From: Eubacteriales bacterium
Lineage (GTDB): Bacteria > Bacillota > Clostridia > Oscillospirales > CAG-272
Reading direction: 5' to 3'
Assembly: GCA_045613705.1 (NCBI GenBank)
Contig: JAZLBM010000081.1
Coordinates: forward strand, 1-35,707
Length of the DNA: 35,707 nucleotides
Within the stretch, counting starts at the first letter, position 1, and each line of letters opens with the position of its first letter. The position numbers and the translations under genes were made by a program. The notes beneath the pieces are model-generated. The model searched no databases. It saw nothing but the letters and a program-made list of their open reading frames with translations, and was not told the DNA's origin. Shown piece by piece: positions 32,630 to 35,707 of the stretch.

Positions 32630-35600
32630 ATGAGCGTACTGAAATACAAAGACCCCGTAACGGGGAAATGGAACGTATGCAAGGTGCTGAAGATCGTGGA
32701 GACCTCGCCTCCCTCCGAGGAGATGCCGTCTGATATTCCGTATCACGTAAAAGCAGAAGCCATGCGCGTGGCCGAAAATGTCAAGGGTGTGCTGAGAAGC
32801 GATAGCATCGTGTCGGTCAATATGTCGGACAGCCACTACGTTGGCGAGAAGGCTACGACCGATGAAAATAAGCAGAACGACGTGAGCAGCGTCCGTGCCT
32901 GTATGGCTCTGAAGGCCTTGACCTATCTGCTTCCCGTGGATTTTGTCGCACACCTCGGAGATCTGGGAAGGGGAACGGCGGCAGAGGACAACGCCACACA
33001 CAAGAAGCAGATCACAGACTACATGGGGTATTTCCGAGAGGCTGTGGGAAACGTTCCTGTGTTTGCCTGTATCGGAAACCACGATACGGCTATCTACTAT
33101 CACAAAACCCAGAACGAAGCCGGAAATATCGGCATTCATACCCTTCCCGGTGATTGGCTCTACGAAAACATCACGTCATTGTCGGAAAGCGGAAACACCG
33201 TTATGGCGGGAAAGACGAACGGCGGCTACTGTTATCGGGACTTCCCGAACAAGAAGCTCCGTGTGTTTATGCTGAACACCAGCGAAAATCTGATTGCCAA
33301 TCAGTACGACAGCGGAACGAGCGAAGCCCAGCAGCTGTGGGTGGCGCAGGCTTTGCTGGAGCTGAACGAAAAGCCCGACGCATCCTCTTGGGGATTCATC
33401 GTCCTTTCCCACTACGCGCTGGATTACGGAGACGCATGGTGGATCTCGCGGGTATTCAACGCATACGTTGACGGGGGAAGATTTACTATTGGCGGTGAAG
33501 AAAAGGCGAACTTCGCCGAAAACAATTCTGCAAAGTTCCTTGCTCAATTCCACGGCCATTTCCATTGCTTCAAGACGGACAATATTCATGGATCGACAAC
33601 GGGAGATGGGTGGTCTATGCAGCCCTACGGTGTGTGGAGACTTTGTACCCCCAACGCGGGGTACAACGCGGAAAACACATACAGCGGCAGATCGTTCTAC
33701 AACATCAGCTTTGGCGAACAGGACACCTACCACAAGACGGCGAACAGGGCAGATGAAACCTCTCTGGTGGTCAACGTTGTCAACCCCTCCGAAAACAGAA
33801 TCTATTCGTTCTGCTACGGAGCGGGCTATGATCGGATGCTTGCGACGGACGGCGAGATTTCCTACAGTGTAACCAAGAATCTCACATACGTTACAATCGA
33901 GGACGAAAGCGGCGAATCCATCCGAGAGGGTGACAGCTACTTTGCCCGGATCGTTCCCGGCAAGTCGGGCGTGATTCAATCCGTGGTTGTTCAAATGCGC
34001 GGCGAGGACGTGACCTCCCGGTGTTACAATGCAGACACGGGAGAGATCAGCATTGAGGCTGTCACAGGCTTGATCGTAATCACGGCTGCGGCAACAATTC
34101 CCTCGGAGGTCAATCTCGTTACGCTGGCTACCGAACCGGATGGGAAGACCCCATACGGAGACAACTACGACGGCGTTGGAGAAAACGACGGCTACAGAAT
34201 CGGGACACAGCTTGGAAGCTTTGTTGAGGTTAACACCGATAAGACGGTGGATGCAGTATCTACCGGTTATATTGCGCTTGTCCCATACAACAAGACCATC
34301 ACAATCAAAAACATCGGCACAACGGTGGTTAATTTTACAGCCGCGAGAATCGTAGGATACCGCAACAATACGGGAGTCAACCACGAACGGGACAAGGTGG
34401 CCTTTGAGGCGTCCCTCGCCCCGGACGGAGAAAGCATCATCGTCACACCTGACAGATGGACGGACACGTATCGTGACATTAAGTATATCCGCGTAAGCGG
34501 AAAGTGGACGGGTAAGCCTCCCGAGGTCTATGCAAGCGACATCATCTCCTATGGCGTGACCAAGAATTTGTCCTACGTCTCCATTGAAAACGACAGCGGA
34601 TCCGCCGTAGAAGCAGGGGGCACCTATTCCTGCAAGATCGCGCCCAAGAAAGGGTGTGTTCTCAAATCTGTATACGTGGGAATGGGAGGCAAGGACGTGA
34701 CCTCCGATGCTTACACAGAGGAAACGGGAGAGATTCGCATTTCGCCTGTAACGGGGGCGGTTATCATTACCGCTGTGGCGACTGTAGCACCCGGTACCAA
34801 TCTCGTCACGTTGGCAACGGCAGAGGATAAGGTTTCTCCCTACGAAGGTGACGGATACAGACGAGGTACAATGCTCGGCTCGTTCACAGAAGTTTCCTCC
34901 GAGGAGTTCGCTGATGGAGTGGCCACGGGATGGATCGAGCTTACGCCTTACAACAAGACCATTGTTATCGCCAATATCGGTACGGAGAAGGTCAATTACA
35001 CAGCCGCGAGAATCGTAGGCTACCGAAACACGGGAGTCAACAACGAGCGGGATGCGTTGGCTTTTGAAACCGACCTCGCGCCGAACGGTGAGATCATCAC
35101 CATAACCCAGGATATGTGGACTGACACCCATCGTGACATTAAGTACATCCGCGTGAGCGGCAAGTGGACGGGAAGTCCTCCCGAGGTCTACGTGGCAAGC
35201 GGAACTTCCCATGGAGTGACCAAGAATCTGACGTATGCCTCGGTTACGAATGAAACGGGAAGCGTGATCGCGGACGGCGGAAGCTACGCCTGTACCGTGG
35301 TTCCGAACCTGAATTGCACGATTGAATCGGTCGTTGTGACCATGGGCGGCGTGGACGTAACATCCGAGTATTACACCGAGGCAACGGGAGAAATCCGTAT
35401 TCCCTCTGTAACGGGTGCGATTGTCATCACCGTGGTAGCCAAGGCTCCCAACGTAAACCTTGTTTCGCTGGCGACGGAAGCAGACGGAGCAACACCGTTT
35501 GGTGAGGACTACAATGGCGATGGTGTGGCGGACGGATACCAAAAGGGAATGTTTATCGGCAGCAGCAGTGAGATCACAACCGATGCCGTGGCAGATGGAG

Positions 35601-35707
35601 TGTCTACCGGTTGGATCGCGCTGGTTCCTTACGGAAAGACCATTACGATCAAGAATGTCAGCACTACAGCGGTTAACTGGTCTGAGGCAAGAATCCTTGG
35701 ATGCAGG
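32630..35707 (+). CDS. Calcineurin-like metallophosphoesterase with three ~225-aa tandem repeats (continues at 31-204; 1083 aa total)
   Basis: AAGGAGG RBS; open for 1026 codons to the window end; motifs SDSH, HLGD, IGNHD, LSHY, HGHFH. Confidence 0.88.
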   Translation, partial: MSVLKYKDPVTGKWNVCKVLKIVETSPPSEEMPSDIPYHVKAEAMRVAENVKGVLRSDSIVSVNMSDSHYVGEKATTDENKQNDVSSVRACMALKALTYLLPVDFVAHLGDLGRGTAAEDNATHKKQITDYMGYFREAVGNVPVFACIGNHDTAIYYHKTQNEAGNIGIHTLPGDWLYENITSLSESGNTVMAGKTNGGYCYRDFPNKKLRVFMLNTSENLIANQYDSGTSEAQQLWVAQALLELNEKPDASSWGFIVLSHYALDYGDAWWISRVFNAYVDGGRFTIGGEEKANFAENNSAKFLAQFHGHFHCFKTDNIHGSTTGDGWSMQPYGVWRLCTPNAGYNAENTYSGRSFYNISFGEQDTYHKTANRADETSLVVNVVNPSENRIYSFCYGAGYDRMLATDGEISYSVTKNLTYVTIEDESGESIREGDSYFARIVPGKSGVIQSVVVQMRGEDVTSRCYNADTGEISIEAVTGLIVITAAATIPSEVNLVTLATEPDGKTPYGDNYDGVGENDGYRIGTQLGSFVEVNTDKTVDAVSTGYIALVPYNKTITIKNIGTTVVNFTAARIVGYRNNTGVNHERDKVAFEASLAPDGESIIVTPDRWTDTYRDIKYIRVSGKWTGKPPEVYASDIISYGVTKNLSYVSIENDSGSAVEAGGTYSCKIAPKKGCVLKSVYVGMGGKDVTSDAYTEETGEIRISPVTGAVIITAVATVAPGTNLVTLATAEDKVSPYEGDGYRRGTMLGSFTEVSSEEFADGVATGWIELTPYNKTIVIANIGTEKVNYTAARIVGYRNTGVNNERDALAFETDLAPNGEIITITQDMWTDTHRDIKYIRVSGKWTGSPPEVYVASGTSHGVTKNLTYASVTNETGSVIADGGSYACTVVPNLNCTIESVVVTMGGVDVTSEYYTEATGEIRIPSVTGAIVITVVAKAPNVNLVSLATEADGATPFGEDYNGDGVADGYQKGMFIGSSSEITTDAVADGVSTGWIALVPYGKTITIKNVSTTAVNWSEARILGCR
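33860..35707 (+). repeat. Three tandem ~660-690 bp coding repeats
   Basis: Units start at 33860, 34547, 35207 with S(Y/H)xVTKNL; share GxDVT, GEIxIxxVTG, NLVxLAT, KYIRVxGKWTG. Confidence 0.85.

Noticed and set aside
600-33139. Many long minus-strand ORFs opposite plus-strand genes (e.g. 1889-2698, 3785-4651, 12399-13460, 17010-18197, 29610-30494) and plus-strand 5966-6775 opposite the integrase
   Set aside because: Expected antisense open frames in GC-rich coding DNA; the opposite genes have RBSs, operon coupling and family motifs.
33176-35542. 788-aa minus-strand ORF, the longest in this part of the ORF track
   Set aside because: Antisense shadow of the real plus-strand phosphoesterase gene; no RBS or motifs.
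33860-35707. Near-identical DNA blocks as a possible DGR template/variable repeat pair
   Set aside because: No reverse transcriptase in the genome, and differences are not confined to adenines; ordinary domain duplication.
1-35707. tRNA, rRNA or IS elements
   Set aside because: No cloverleaf, rRNA-like or transposase sequence noticed by eye; tRNAscan/ISEScan not run.

Overview
The window looks like an essentially complete, circularly permuted temperate tailed-phage genome of about 35.68 kb. The host is probably a Bacillota/Clostridia bacterium, judged from strong AGGAGG RBSs and sigma-A TTGACA/TGnTATAAT promoters. Bases 1-17 are an MGI/DNBSEQ adapter remnant. Bases 18-30 repeat the last 13 nt of the window, and a 1083-aa gene missed by the ORF track (32630-35707 joined to 31-204) reads in frame across that junction. 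Gene order: three membrane-protein genes where a lysis cassette would be expected (no endolysin recognisable anywhere); a small HTH gene plus a six-gene low-complexity/Cys-rich cassette ending in a papain-like protease; intact attP; large serine integrase; a multi-XRE immunity region with a type I toxin-antitoxin locus; early, recombination and replication genes with iterons; terminase, portal, capsid; a strikingly compact tail module; and three fibre/adhesin genes, the last carrying a metallophosphoesterase. The best candidates for new biology are the 3.1-6.0 kb cassette, the lysin-less membrane triad together with the collapsed tail, and a putative SinI-like anti-repressor. All protein family calls come from motif recognition by eye; no database searches were run.
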